Both the position numbers and the translations under genes were made by a program. 64,000 bases of DNA from Octopus vulgaris. Lineage: Eukaryota. The stretch lies in the NCBI GenBank assembly GCA_951406725.2, contig OX597814.1, positions 27,280,001-27,344,000 on the forward strand. The letters run 5' to 3'. This document shows positions 51,742 through 64,000 of this stretch, piece by piece. The notes beneath the pieces are model-generated. The model did not search any database, was not told the origin of the DNA, and saw only the letters and a list, made by a program, of their open reading frames with translations. The first letter of the stretch is position 1, and each line of letters starts with the position of its first letter.

Positions 51742-53040
51742 AAATTATGATTTTATTATTCTCGCATTCTTTTATCAATTCTAATCACTGGAGTGTGACC
51801 CAGCTGGGACACTGCTTTAAGTGCTTAGTCAATCATATAAACCTCAGTTTTGGGGTTTTTTTTTGTTTTTTGTTGTTTTTTTTTTTTTGTCAATCTGATA
51901 CTTATTCTATAAATGCTTAACTTGTCAAATTGCAAAAGTATACTTCTTGACAGAATACTGGTTACATTTTTTTGTTATATATGGCATCAGTTTTTACGTA
52001 AACAGAGACATAAACATATGTGTATAAACATATAATCTGCACAAATTTTATAGCCCAAATTCTATTCATAAGATGTTGATCAAACTGAGTGTATAGTAGA
52101 AGACACTTACCCAAGGAACTGCACAGCACAGCAGAACTAAACTTGGAACGATGTGATTGCAAAGTAATATGTCATGTTTATCACCATTATCATCATTTTA
52201 ACATCTACTTTTCCATGCTAGCATGGGACAGATGTAATTCGTTGAGGCAGATTTTCTACAACTGGATGCTCTTCCTGTTATCCCTCACTGCAATGAATAT
52301 AATATTTTCCTTTAGTCCTTCGAAGATAAACAGTATAGCATGCTGACAGGGAAGATTGCAAATGAACATCTACATGGTTATTCAAACCTATTAGAAATAA
52401 CAACCAAATTTCCTTCAAATCACATTCCACTGTCTTCAAAAAAACAAAAGAACACATTATATGTAGTATTAGCTACCCTCACCACCACTACTACTACTAC
52501 CAAAAAAAGGAAAATGAACGTATGATCATGGTCATAGCTGAAATGCTTTTAATCATGGGTTTGCTTGACCCAGCGTTAAACAACAACAATGGTGATTTCT
52601 TTTGCCTACATGAAAACATGAATTTTTTTTGCCTAAACATAAAACTAAGTGAATCATATCATGTATCATTGGTAATTAAACAACCCAGTGCTGGATTAAC
52701 CATCACACAAAATAAACGTGTTTAGGGCATCAAGGGAAGGGAGGCACCAGAGTAATAGTAAATGGTTTATCGCACAAAAGAAATCACTTTAAACTTGCTA
52801 AAATAATATTCGAAGTGGTTTATAAGATTGGAAATATAATTTTGAAGAGTTCGTGGTGTCATAGTGAGGATCTGATCAAAGACTTTGCAATTGAAAAAGT
52901 AGAAAAATTTTCAAATATAATTAAAATGGAAGTATACAAAAATAAGTATTTTCCATATTACTGTTAGTTTTGTTTCACTTTGAAAAAAAAAATTTATTTT
53001 ATGGTTTATTATTGTTTATATATTGAATTACATATCTCTG

Positions 53041-53278
53041 TACCGGTGGCACGTAAAAAGCACCAACCGATCATGGCTGTTGCCAGCCTCTTCTGGCACA
53101 TAAAAAGCACCCACTACACTCACGGAGTGGTTGGCGTTAGGAAGAGCATCCAGCTGTAGAAACACTGCCAGATCAGACTGGAGCCTGGTGCAGCCTCCTG
53201 GTTCACCAGACCTTGGTCGAACCGTCCAACCCATGCCTGCATGGAAAACAGACGTTAAACAATGATGATGATGATGAT
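53041..53278 (+). mobile_element. Family A retroposon
   Basis: CCGGTGGCACGTAAAAAGCACC through GACGTTAAACAATGATGATG. Confidence 0.9.
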
Positions 53279-53401
53279 ATATATCGAGGCACCAAAATCT
53301 TTCAAGTGCTTTGGGCCTTTATGAGTCTTAATCCAGCTCTGAATCAACTCTAAAGAAAGGCAAAGCTAGCCTTAGAGAAATTTGAACTCAGTTAAGTAGT
53401 T

Positions 53402-53789
53402 GTGGAAGCACTCCGTCGGTTACGACAACAAGGGTTCCGGTTGATCCAAATCAACGGAACAGCCTGCTCGTGAAATTAACGTGTAAGTGGCTGAGCACTC
53501 CACAGACACGTGTACCCTTAACGTAGTTCTCGAGGATATTCAGCGTGACACAGAGAGTGACAAGGCCGGCCCTTTGAAATACAGGTACAACAGAAACAGG
53601 AAGTAAGAGTGAGAGAAAGTTGTGGTGAAAGAGTACAGCAGGGATCCCCACCATCCCCTGCCGGAGCCTTGTGGAGCTTTAGGTGTTTTTGCTCAATAAA
53701 CACTCACAACGCCCGGTCTGGGAATCGAAACCGCAATCCTATGACCGCGAGTTCGCTGCCCTAACCACTGGGCCATTGCACGTCCACAT
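53402..53789 (-). mobile_element. tRNA-derived SINE family C, long-tail form, 11-bp TSD
   Basis: TSD GTTAAGTAGTT at 53391 and 53790; near-identical to the reverse complement of 62572-62955. Confidence 0.93.
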
Positions 53790-54116
53790 GTTAAGTAGTT
53801 AATCTATCAGTAAAGTAAATGCTAACACATAATATAAAGAACAAGAAAACTTTAATTAATCTCCCTTCATTGAGAGGAATTAAACCTTAGGATCAATGTT
53901 TAAATCATGACACCAACATATTTCAGACTACCTCTGGTTCTGTGACAGAAAACTTGATTTATGAAAACCTTCCATCATAATTCCATCTAAGAACATTTTC
54001 ATTTTCCAAACCCCAATTTAATCATTCTTTTTCCCTATACACACAATGCTTGAAATTTAAAAGAAGAAGGTTAGATGATTACATAAACTCCTGGGCTCAT
54101 TTAGTATTTATTTCAG

Positions 54117-54277
54117 TGTGGTAAGTAGCTTGCTTACCAACCACATGGTTCTGGGTTCAGTGCCACTGCATGGCACCTTGGGCAAGTGACTTCTACTATA
54201 GCCTCAGGTCAACCAAAGCCTTGTGAGTGGATTTGGAAGACAGAAACTGAAAGAAGTCCATCGTATATATGTATATG

Positions 54278-54312
<35 letters not shown>

Positions 54313-54512
54313 TTGTGTTTGTTCCCCCAACATCACTTGACAACAGATGCTGGTGTGTTTACATCCTCGTAACTTAGTGTTTCAGCAAAAGGGACCGATA
54401 GAATAAGTACTAGGCTTACAAAGAATAAGTCCTGGGATCAATTTGCTTGACTAAAGGCGGTGTTCCAGCATGGCCACAGTCAAGTGACTGAAACAAGTAA
54501 AAGAGTAACAGA
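54117..54512 (+). mobile_element. SINE family B
   Basis: TGTGGTAAGTAGCTTGCTTACCAACC through GAAACAAGTAAAAGAG. Confidence 0.9.
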
Positions 54513-55178
54513 GTAACCCCAAAAGGATGAACAGTCATCCTCGGTGGAATATGAACTCAGAATATAAAGAAATGCTTCCAAGCATTTTTCCTTATACACT
54601 GACAATTCTGCCACCTTGCCACCTTCCCCAACTTAATAATGAAAAAGTTTGGAATTCTATGAAATTCCTCCAAATTTTTCATTATTTTCAAAATTAATTA
54701 GAATATAAGCAGTGTATTTTATTAGAAATGTGATGACCAACAGGTTAAATCTAACCAAGACAGACAATGGTGACAATTCTATGTTTCAAATAATCAAAAT
54801 GAGTTGACGACACCAAAATCTTAATTAATTAAAATTAGAAACAGGCATGTCATGAATGGATAGGAAAAAGAAATTAGCTAATTGTACAATTTCAACAACT
54901 TTATTATCAAAAGTTCCAAAACAATTATGATTTTTTTTTTAAACTGACACAAGAGTGGATTTATAGCCATAGTTGACTTCTGTTAGTGATATTTGAATTC
55001 AATGGTTAGAGCTGGCTCAACTTATTCCAGATTGCGAATGCAAGTCCAAGTACAAAAGTCACAAATTTCTAGAAGTGGTGTAATTATAGTTAATTGAATT
55101 AATCCAAGTATCATCATTATTGTTCAATGTCTACTTTTTCTATGCTTGCATAGGTCAGACAGAAATTATTCAGACAGA

Positions 55179-55408
55179 AAGCAGCGAGCTGGCAGAAACG
55201 TTAGCATGCCGGGTGAAAAGCTTAGTGGTATTACGTTCTGGGTTCAAATTACGCCGAGATCGACTTTGCCTTTCATCCTTTCGGGGTTGATAAATTAAGT
55301 ACCAGTTACGCACTGGGTTGATGTAATCGACTTAATCCCTTTGTCTGTCCTTGTTTGTCCCCTCTATGTTTAGCCCCTTGTGGGCAATAAAGAAATAAGA
55401 AATAAATA
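55179..55408 (+). mobile_element. SINE family E with 18-bp TSD, nested in a family G repeat
   Basis: TSD AGAAATTATTCAGACAGA at 55161 and 55409; B-box-like GGGTTCAAATT; AAATAAG tail. Confidence 0.9.
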
Positions 55409-56118
55409 AGAAATTATTCAGACAGATTGTCTGTGGCTGGATACCTTTACTGTCACCAATCCTCACCTATTTCCAAGCAAGGTAATATTTCCCCATGGCC
55501 GGATGAATTTTCATGGAAGATGGGAAAATGAACATCAGTTGCATGATGGTGATGCTCATTTACACCTACTACATGATGCTGAGACAAAGATACTGACAAG
55601 CATACACACACACAAACATATATATATATATATATACAACAGGCTTCTTTCTATTTCAACTCCACTCACACGGTATTGGTCAGCCCAGGCTACAGTAAAA
55701 GACAATTGCTCATAGTGTTATGAGTGAGACTGAACCCAAGACCACGTGGTTAAGAAGCAAGCTTCTCAATCATACAGCCGTGCCAGTACTGTTTATTACT
55801 GGCATAATTTTATATCATTACTGGTATATTTTTTACAGAATGAAAGACAAATGTCAATACCTGAAGGGCCTTTTTGTTTTTAACACTCTGTTGATAATAG
55901 TTATTTTTAACATAAGCCCCAATACATGACTGCTACTTACTTTATTTTATCAACCGATTTTGCCATTCCACAAATGTTGAGAGAGGGAAAACCTAATTAA
56001 ATCTACATTTGATAATTTTATAAAATATTGCCTAATATGGTTATAAACATTCATAAATGAATAAGTTTGCTCTCTACATATGTGTGTGCATGCCTGTACA
56101 TGTGTGTGTGTGTGTGTG

Positions 56119-56276
56119 ATCATCATCATCGTTTAACGTCCGTTCTCCATGCTAGCATGGGTTGGACGGTTCGACCGGGGATCTGGGAAGCCAGAAGGCT
56201 GCACCAGGCTCCAGTCTGATCTGGCAGTGTTTCTACAGTTGGATGCCCTTCCTAACGCCAACCACTCCGTGAGTGT
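56119..56276 (-). mobile_element. Family A retroposon
   Basis: (CAT)n CGTTTAACGTCCGTTCTCC through CCACTCCGTGAGTGT; an older copy follows at ~56345-56590. Confidence 0.88.
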
Positions 56277-56279
56277 GTG

Positions 56280-56327
<48 letters not shown>

Positions 56328-57318
56328 TGTGTGTGTGTGTGTGATCATTTAACATCTATTTTCCATGCTGGAATTGGCTGAATGACATGACAGGAACTGG
56401 CAGGGTCAGCAGGGGCCACACCAGGTGCCATACTCTATTTTGGTCTGGTTTCTATAAATGGACGCCCTTCCTGACACCAATGACTTAAGAGTGTACTGCA
56501 TGTTTTTTACATGGCACTAGCACCTACACCAATGCTTTTTACATGGCACCTTGGTTTTAGGATCTCGATTCTGTTCTAATGAGCAGATCCCAAAATGCAA
56601 ATAGAAGTCCCAAGTAAAACTAGTGCAAAAGTTACAAATTTCTAGTAGTGGGGTAATCATAGTTATTTCATCAACATTGGATGGTTGGAAAGCAAAGTCA
56701 CTCTAAGTCAGATCTGAATTCAGAAAGAGACGGGAACTAGCTAAATACAACAAAGCAATTTTGTAAAATACTTATATTTTACCATTTGTCATTCACTTCT
56801 TTAAGAATAATAACAACCAAGTCAACAAAGAAGCCTTTATGTAGTTCCTCAATCTGTTATAAATAGCAACTAAATCTCCCTCAAACCAGGCCACACAATC
56901 TCGAAAAAAAAAAAAAAGATGGGATGCAAGAATAGATAATGTAGTCCTTGATACCTCAAACATAATGATAATCAGTGGAACGCATTTAATTACAAGCCTG
57001 CTCCATCAGGGCTGACCCGGGGCTAAATAACAACAATAAATGCGTAGTAACAACAACAACAAAAACAATAACAGTGAGAGATTACATCAATATTTTGTCG
57101 CTAATAGCAAAGCTATATCGTGATGGACAGCAAAGGACAAAAAGAATACGTAACTAATTGGAAATCAACATTACTAATAAGATCAATAGAGATAGAACAG
57201 GCGAACCGGACATGATCTATCAAAGGGTGAGGATTGGGGGGGGGATGAAAAAAGTTGTCAGTTATTCAGCAAAAAATAATGAAGATTATATATGTATGCA
57301 CACATAAACATATATACA

Positions 57319-57362
<44 letters not shown>

Positions 57363-57531
57363 CATACATACATACATACATACACACACACATAAATACA
57401 CATATACATATATAAGTGCACAAGTGTATATATACATACATATATACATACCACATTCACATGCACACATATATATATACATACAATGCACACATATATA
57501 TATACATGCACACACTCACACACACACACAT

Positions 57532-57570
<39 letters not shown>

Positions 57571-58694
57571 CATATACACACACACATATGGAGAGCAATC
57601 TTATTTATGAATGTTTATAACCATATTAGGCAATCTTTATAAAATTATCAAATAAACTAACAAACTTATCTCTACTCATCAACCACTTTCATTCAATAAA
57701 TAAATATTAGATAATTAAAAAAATATACAAAAAAAAACTTAAAATAAATAACAGAAAAACACATATATAAATTACTTAAAAAAATACATAAATCATGAAT
57801 AAAAAAAAAGTTAGATAAATAAGATTCAATACAAAAAGGTCTTTAATCTTTCAATAGAATCAACCTTCTTCAGACTTTATTGAAAGACTTTATTGAACAA
57901 ACATGATAGAACATGTACAACAAACTAGTGTTTTTACAAGTCTACTGGATTTTCTTCAATAATTATTATCTTCTGTTTTCTGAGATTTTTTTTTTTTTTC
58001 TTTGTAGGATATTTATTATTATTTTTTTTATATTGTAGGTTGTTTTGCTTTTGCTCTTAAGAAATTATCAACTAAAATGATCACATACTGGCAATATTTA
58101 TTTCATTTTCCATAGTATTGAAGTTATTGTTGTTGTTCAAGGTGATTTGTCATATTCATACTCTGGCAAACAATATGATATTGAAGTATGGAGTGAAAAA
58201 AAAGAAAAGGTTTGATTGACTAAGCACAGTGTCTTTCCAAGTATATGTGTGTCTTGCTACACACTCATCATCATCATCGTTGCCGTTGTTTAAAGTCTAC
58301 TTTCCATGCTGGTATGTGTTGTTGCAGTTTGACTACGAACTGGTAAGCCAGGAGGCTGCACCAGGCCCCAATCTGATTTGGCAAGGTTTCTACAGCTGGA
58401 TGCTCTTCATAATGCCAACCACCCCAAGAGTGTAGTGAGTAGTTTTTACATGCCAGTCAGCCATCAGTAGGTGTGGGCATGGCTGTGTGGTTAGGAGGCT
58501 TGCTTTCTAGCCACATGATTTCGGGTTCAGTCCCACTGCATGGCACTTTGGGCAAGTGTCCTCTGCTATAGGTTCAGGTCGACCGAAGCCTTGTAATTGA
58601 ATTTGGTAGGTGGAAGTTATCACCATGTGCGTCTAAGTGCTCGTGACTCCTAACACTATACACACACACATATATACACACTCACATATACTCT

Positions 58695-59095
58695 CTCTCT
58701 TTACTCTTTTACTTGTTTCAGTCATTTGACTGCGGCCATGCTGGAGCACCGCCTTTAGTCGAGCAAATCGACCCCGGGACTTATTCTTTGTAAGCCCAGT
58801 ACTTATTCTATCAGTCTCTTTTGCCGAACCGCTAAGTGACGGGGACGTAAACACACCAGCATCGGTTGTCAAGCAATGCTAGGGGAACAAACACAGACAC
58901 ACAAACATATACACACACACATATATATACATACATATATACGACAGGCTTCTTCCAGTTTCCGTCTACCAAATCCACTCACAAGGCATTGGTCGGCCCG
59001 GGGCTATAGCAGAAGACACTTGCCCAAGATGCCACGCAGTGGGACTGAACCCGCAACCATGTGGTTGGTTAGCAAGCTACTTACCACACAGCCAC
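58695..59095 (-). mobile_element. SINE family B, young
   Basis: Reverse complement of the 37388 copy; a partial plus-strand copy lies at ~58472-58620. Confidence 0.92.
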
Positions 59096-59442
59096 ATACA
59101 CATTATTGAATAATGATCTGGAAGTACTCATTATAAATGTAGGGTGCAGTAGTCTATTTAAGTATCTTAAGAGAAGTCAGACTGACCTAGCCTCGTTTGT
59201 CCAAAGAAGCAGCTGCATGCAATGGAAACTCCAGAGTAACAAATCAATGGATTGGCCTAAATATACTATATTATACATGCACACACACACACACACACAC
59301 AATTTTGTTCAAGTAAATGTATGCATAAATAGATGTATGTGTGTGTGCATTATGTAGCACAAACATAATGCTTATGTATTTGAATCATACAAACACAATA
59401 TCATCATTATGTCCAATACACAAAATGTATATGTATTATATA

Positions 59443-59964
59443 CCATAAATCCTCGAGTATAATCCGCATTTTTTCCCTAAAATTTAAAGGTCAAAATCCC
59501 TAGTGCGTACTATACACGAGGTTAAAAATGAAAAATATTTTCTAAGCAATGTCCAAGTCTATATTTGCTGTCCGGCAATGTTTATTCAGACGCATTTTGT
59601 GATGTCGGGCGCGAAAATACATTAAGCTAAGCCTGAAAGCAATGAAGTCATAAAAGAATCATCCATAACTTGCAGTAAGCAACATTTATTAAAATAAAAG
59701 TATTCAGAACACAGAATAACATGTAACAAAAACAATTTGCAAACATATTTACGTTCCCATATAACAGTTAAGACCATCACCATTATTGTATTACACATGC
59801 ACGGAAGTGTTTGTTTGACTAGGTGCTGCTGGCTTAATTACACGCGACTCAAGTTAGAGAAGGGGTGCATATTATATACAAGGTTTAGGTTTTTCAGAGG
59901 TACAGCCCCCTAAAAATCCCCTGCATATTATACTCAAGAGCGGACTATACTTGGGGATTTACGG
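59443..59964. mobile_element. Tc2/pogo-like MITE
   Basis: TA|CCATAAATCCTCGAGTATAATCCGC ... GCGGACTATACTTGGGGATTTACGG|TA (25-bp imperfect TIR, TA TSD); subterminal TGCGTACTATACACGAG-type repeats. Confidence 0.85.
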
Positions 59965-60239
59965 TATGTGCATGAGAAAGAGAGAGTGTGTACACAGATG
60001 TTAAGTTTCAGTTGAGTGAAATACATATCCCACATATTCACATCAGCTCGCAGGTTTTCAATGTTTTCTGATGACAATCACATCACTATTTCTTATCCAT
60101 AACTTCCTTGTTCCTTCACCATCCAACAATACACATGGACCACACACACAATTATCTCATTCTCAGAACGAATCACAATTCAAATGTAATGTTGTAATCT
60201 TCCACTAATATGAACTATCCATCACAATGTCTAGTTCTT

Positions 60240-60500
60240 GTTGCGGTATGGTGGCTCATGTGCCTCAATGGCCTTGAGTGCTGTACCAGCAGAGCATGAG
60301 CTCCTGGTATGGACCACCTCTTCCCAGAAGTAAAAATGGGCTTGCACAGAGCCAACACTTCTATCTGGGAAAATGAAGCTTCAATGACAGTTCATATCCC
60401 ACAAGATCTGGGAGAAGACATCCCAGTATCAAGAACAATGGAGAAAAACCGTCAATGGCCTATGTATGCTCCATAGGAAATGAAGGCCTTAAGTAAGTAA
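60240..60500 (+). mobile_element. Bipartite RTE-derived retroposon, second copy
   Basis: GGCTCATGTGCCTCAATGGCCTTGAGTGCTGT ... GTCAATGGCCTATG..GCTCCATAGG..GAAGGCCTTAAGTAAGTAA. Confidence 0.55.
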
Positions 60501-61565
60501 TATGAACTATATGCCCTCAAGAGAAGTGTTTCTGTATTCATATAATTTTACTGAAAATAGGTGCAGGCATGGTTATATAATTTAAGAAGCTTATTTCATG
60601 GTCGTATAAATTCCAGATTCAATTCTGCAGGCAACAGTTTGGGAAAGTGTGTTCTACTGTAGCGTGAGGCTGACCAACTTGCGAGTAAAAATTTGGTTGG
60701 TGGAAACAATGTGCCATCGTATATTTATATATGCATAAAATGGCCTTCTTTCTACACAACTTGCATCAAACAAATTTCCTTCATTCATTTATATGTATAT
60801 GTATATATAAGAGTAGACTTGTTTATATGTGAGCGTTTGTTTGTGTATATTGCTATAAATTACTGTGGTAAGTTGTACCTTTTATGCTAAAAAGGTCAAA
60901 CTTAACCATTTTACAAAACAGAAATAATAAAATAACCAAACAGAAATAAATACTGAGGTCACCATAATCAACTAAACCCTTTAAAAGTGGTGCCCCAGCA
61001 TGGCCAGTAAAAAAGAATAATATAAATGATGGGTTCCCTTCCAGATACATTCCTGTGTAGTCACACAATTTGATTAACTCAATACAGCAGTGAGATGTCT
61101 TAAAGCTTGCTTGATAAATGAACACCACTTGTTTTAAGAAAGGAGTGGCTGCGTGTTAAGTAGCTTGCTTATCAACCACATAGTTCCGGGTTCAGTCCTA
61201 CTGTGAGGCACCTTGGATTAGTGTCTTCTACTATAGCCTCGGGCCAACCAAGGCCTTATGAGTGGATTTGGTAGATGGAAACTGAAAGAAGACCATCGTA
61301 TGCACGTGCGTGCATGTGAATCTTGTAACTTTTCATGACAGGTAAGTGAATGAACCAGGTATATGAATGTCAAAATATATATATTGCCTAAATACACAAA
61401 GAAATACCAGCAGTAAAGCTGAACTCACAATCCATAAGTTAATAACTCAATACTATATCTATACAGTCATCTTATTTCTACAGTTTCTACTGAAACAGAC
61501 TGGAATAACATTGAATAAAAACTTTTCTTTTTCTATTATAAATTCAATAAAAATATTATATATCA

Positions 61566-61995
61566 GGATGGTCATCATTTTTTTTTTCAAAATAAATACA
61601 TGCAGTGTATACTCATTCGACACTTAAGCTTTATAATTGTTCTTATTTCAGTATCTGTTGTCTAAAATCTTTCATTATACGTCATGTGACCTCTTCAGTG
61701 ACTTTCCATCCCATGTGTCTCCTCCTGTTCTGTTTAGTCCATGAAATGGACTTATGGGCTGAACAGAAGAGAAGAAACATGAGATGGAGAGTCACTGAAG
61801 AGATCACAGAACATATGATGAATGGACTAAACAGTACAGGAGATACCTGGGATGGAGAAGTCACTGAAGAGGTCGCAGGATGTATGATGAAAGATTTCAG
61901 CTAAAGGACACTAGAATAAGAACAATAATAAAACTGAAGTGAAGAATGAGTATATAGTGCATGTGGTTAATTGGTAAAAGAAAAAATGACCATCC
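61566..61995. mobile_element. Fold-back element with ~175-bp inverted arms
   Basis: GGATGGTCAT...ATGACCATCC ends; arm blocks TATACTCATTC/GAATGAGTATA, ATTGTTCTTATT/AATAAGAACAAT, GACCTCTTCAGTGACTT/AAGTCACTGAAGAGGTC. Confidence 0.85.
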
Positions 61996-62571
61996 CAAAA
62001 TATAACAATATCTGTTTCAACACACAATTTCAATTCAGGAATCTTGCAAAACAAATACAAAAAGCATTTCAATAAAAATACAAAATCATTGGTATATTTG
62101 ATTGGAACTTAATTTTGAAATGAAAAATAAATTGACCTTGGTTTGATTTGAACTCAGAACATAAAAGGCCTTAACTAAATACTACAACCATTTTGTCTAA
62201 ATCTCTAATCATTCTGACAATTCATAATATGGCTTTTGAACACTGAATCCAGAAAAATTTGATGCACATATCCACAATAAATGCAAAAGACTAGACAATA
62301 ACAGGGCAGAAATCTACAATAAATGCACTACATTCTAGTGCACATGTTCCTAATAAATGCAATAGTTACGATAATTTCAGTGCAAATGCTTGCAATAAAT
62401 ACACCTGGCAGGACAATTCTATTGCACAAGTCCATAACAAATACTGAGTTCAGGACAATACTAGTGCAGATATCCTTATTAACAACACCTAGCAAAACAA
62501 TCGTAACACATATGTCCACAAATCAATTCTAGTATGCATGTCCATTATTATACACATGATAATTCTAGTAT

Positions 62572-62955
62572 GTGGAGGCGCAATGGCCCAGTGGTTAGGG
62601 CAGCGGTCTCGCGGTCATAGGATCGCGGTTTCGATTCCCAGACCGGGCGTTGTGAGTGTTTATTGAGCGCAAACTCCTAAAGCTCCACGAGGCTCCGGCA
62701 GGGGATGGTGGTGGTCCCTGCTGTACTTTTTCACCACAACTTTCTCTCACTCTTACTTCCTGTTTCTGTTGTACCTGTATTTCAAAGGGCCGGCCTTGTC
62801 ACTCTCTGTGTCACGCTGAATATCCCCAAGAACTATGTTAAGGGTACACGTGTCTGTGGAGTGCTCAGCCACTTACACGTTAATTTCACGAGCAGGCTGT
62901 TCCGTTGATTCGGATCAACCGGAACCCTCGTCGTCGTAACCGACGGAGTGCTTCC
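62572..62955 (+). mobile_element. tRNA-derived SINE family C, long-tail form, 11-bp TSD
   Basis: A box TGGCCCAGTGG, B box GTTTCGATTCC; TSD AATTCTAGTAT at 62561 and 62956. Confidence 0.93.
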
Positions 62956-63053
62956 AATTCTAGTATACAATATGTCCATAATAAACACAAGACGATTCTT
63001 GCACATTATACAATGTCATCACTGTGTATAGCACCTAAAAAGCATTGTGCTGC

Positions 63054-63734
63054 CACTGAGCCAATGAGGGGGGTCTCAACTGCTAGAAATAGTAAAACAA
63101 ATCACCCTCAAATTTCACCTAAGTCTTTAAAAAAAAAACATATTGGATTATCACTGAGCCAATGAGGGGGGTCTCAACTGCTAGAAATAGTAAAACAAAT
63201 CACCCTCAAATTTCACCCAAGTCTTTAAAAAAAACATATTGGATTATCACTGAGCCAATGAGGGGGGTCTCAACTGCTAGAAATAGTAAAACAAATCACC
63301 CTCAAATTTCACCTAAGTCTTTAAAAAAAAAAACATATTGGATTATCACTGAGCCAATGAGGGGGGTCTCAACTGCTAGAAATAGTAAAACAAATCACCC
63401 TCAAATTTCACCTAAGTCTTTAAAAAAAAAACATATTGGATTATCACAGAGCCAATGAGGGGGGTCTCAACTGCTAGAAATAGTAAAACAAATCACCCTC
63501 AAATTTCACCTAAGTCTTTAAAAAAAAAACATATTGGATTATCACAGAGCCAATGAGGGGGTCTCAACTGCTAGAAATAGTAAAACAAATCACCCTCAAA
63601 TTTCACCTAAGTCTTTAAAAAAAACATATTGGATTATCACTGAGCCAATGAGGGGGGTCTCAACTGCTAGAAATAGTAAAACAAATCACCCTCAAATTTC
63701 ACCTAAGTCTTTAAAAAAAACATATTGGATTATC
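63054..63734. repeat. Tandem array, ~98-bp unit x 7
   Basis: CACTGAGCCAATGAGGGGG starts at 63054, 63152, 63248, 63347, 63445, 63543 and 63638; units differ mainly in homopolymer length. Confidence 0.97.
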
Positions 63735-64000
63735 TAATCCAGGTTGCAGCATGTGTAATAAAAAAGACTGGGTGTTTCCAACAGGAGCACCTTTAATCAC
63801 ATGTCCACTTGAGAGATAACCCAGGGTTAAAAAACAACGACTCTGGGTTCATGGAAACTATTTATGAACTACATGGACTGAGTCAGAAAAAGATTAAAGT
63901 ATCTAGGCCACAACACAGACATCAGCACAAAACATCACAATGACTTGATAAAAAAAATGCCAATGGCAAATCTGATTGAGTAAATTAAAAATAAAAAAAA

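Noticed and set aside
57833-57880. Minus-strand CTGAAGA...GAAA hammerhead-like words
   Set aside because: Stems I and II do not pair adequately.
62574-62650. tRNA gene
   Set aside because: A and B boxes are present, but it is the head of a TSD-flanked SINE found four times in the window.
63054-63734. CRISPR-like array
   Set aside because: No unique spacers; the whole unit repeats; eukaryotic context with no cas genes.

Overview
AT-rich, microsatellite-dense animal DNA with no supportable protein-coding gene; it reads as a large intron or intergenic region. The repeat repertoire is what I recall from octopus (coleoid cephalopod) genomes; this is an inference, not a database result. Most ORFs in the track are translations of microsatellites or SINEs. 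The window holds several SINE-type families (my labels A-G), decayed RTE and CR1-type LINE fragments, a TIR- and TSD-bounded hAT (Buster/Charlie) derivative with a nested retroposon, a mariner remnant, piggyBac-, Tc1/mariner- and Tc2-type MITEs, a fold-back element, probable non-autonomous Helitrons, and two young tandem arrays (507 bp x ~5.8 and ~98 bp x 7). The most interesting signals are RNA-structural. A minimal type I hammerhead ribozyme at 7500-7540 carries a compensatory U3-A8 core and a palindromic stem III. A second, decayed hammerhead family occurs at 8111 and as an inverted pair near 18.3 kb. A ~400-bp (TAA)n-embedded retroposon has a possible HDV-like 5' end, and there is an unexplained CpG-rich hairpin at 33.2 kb. 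Boundaries of old repeats are approximate; all were read by eye.
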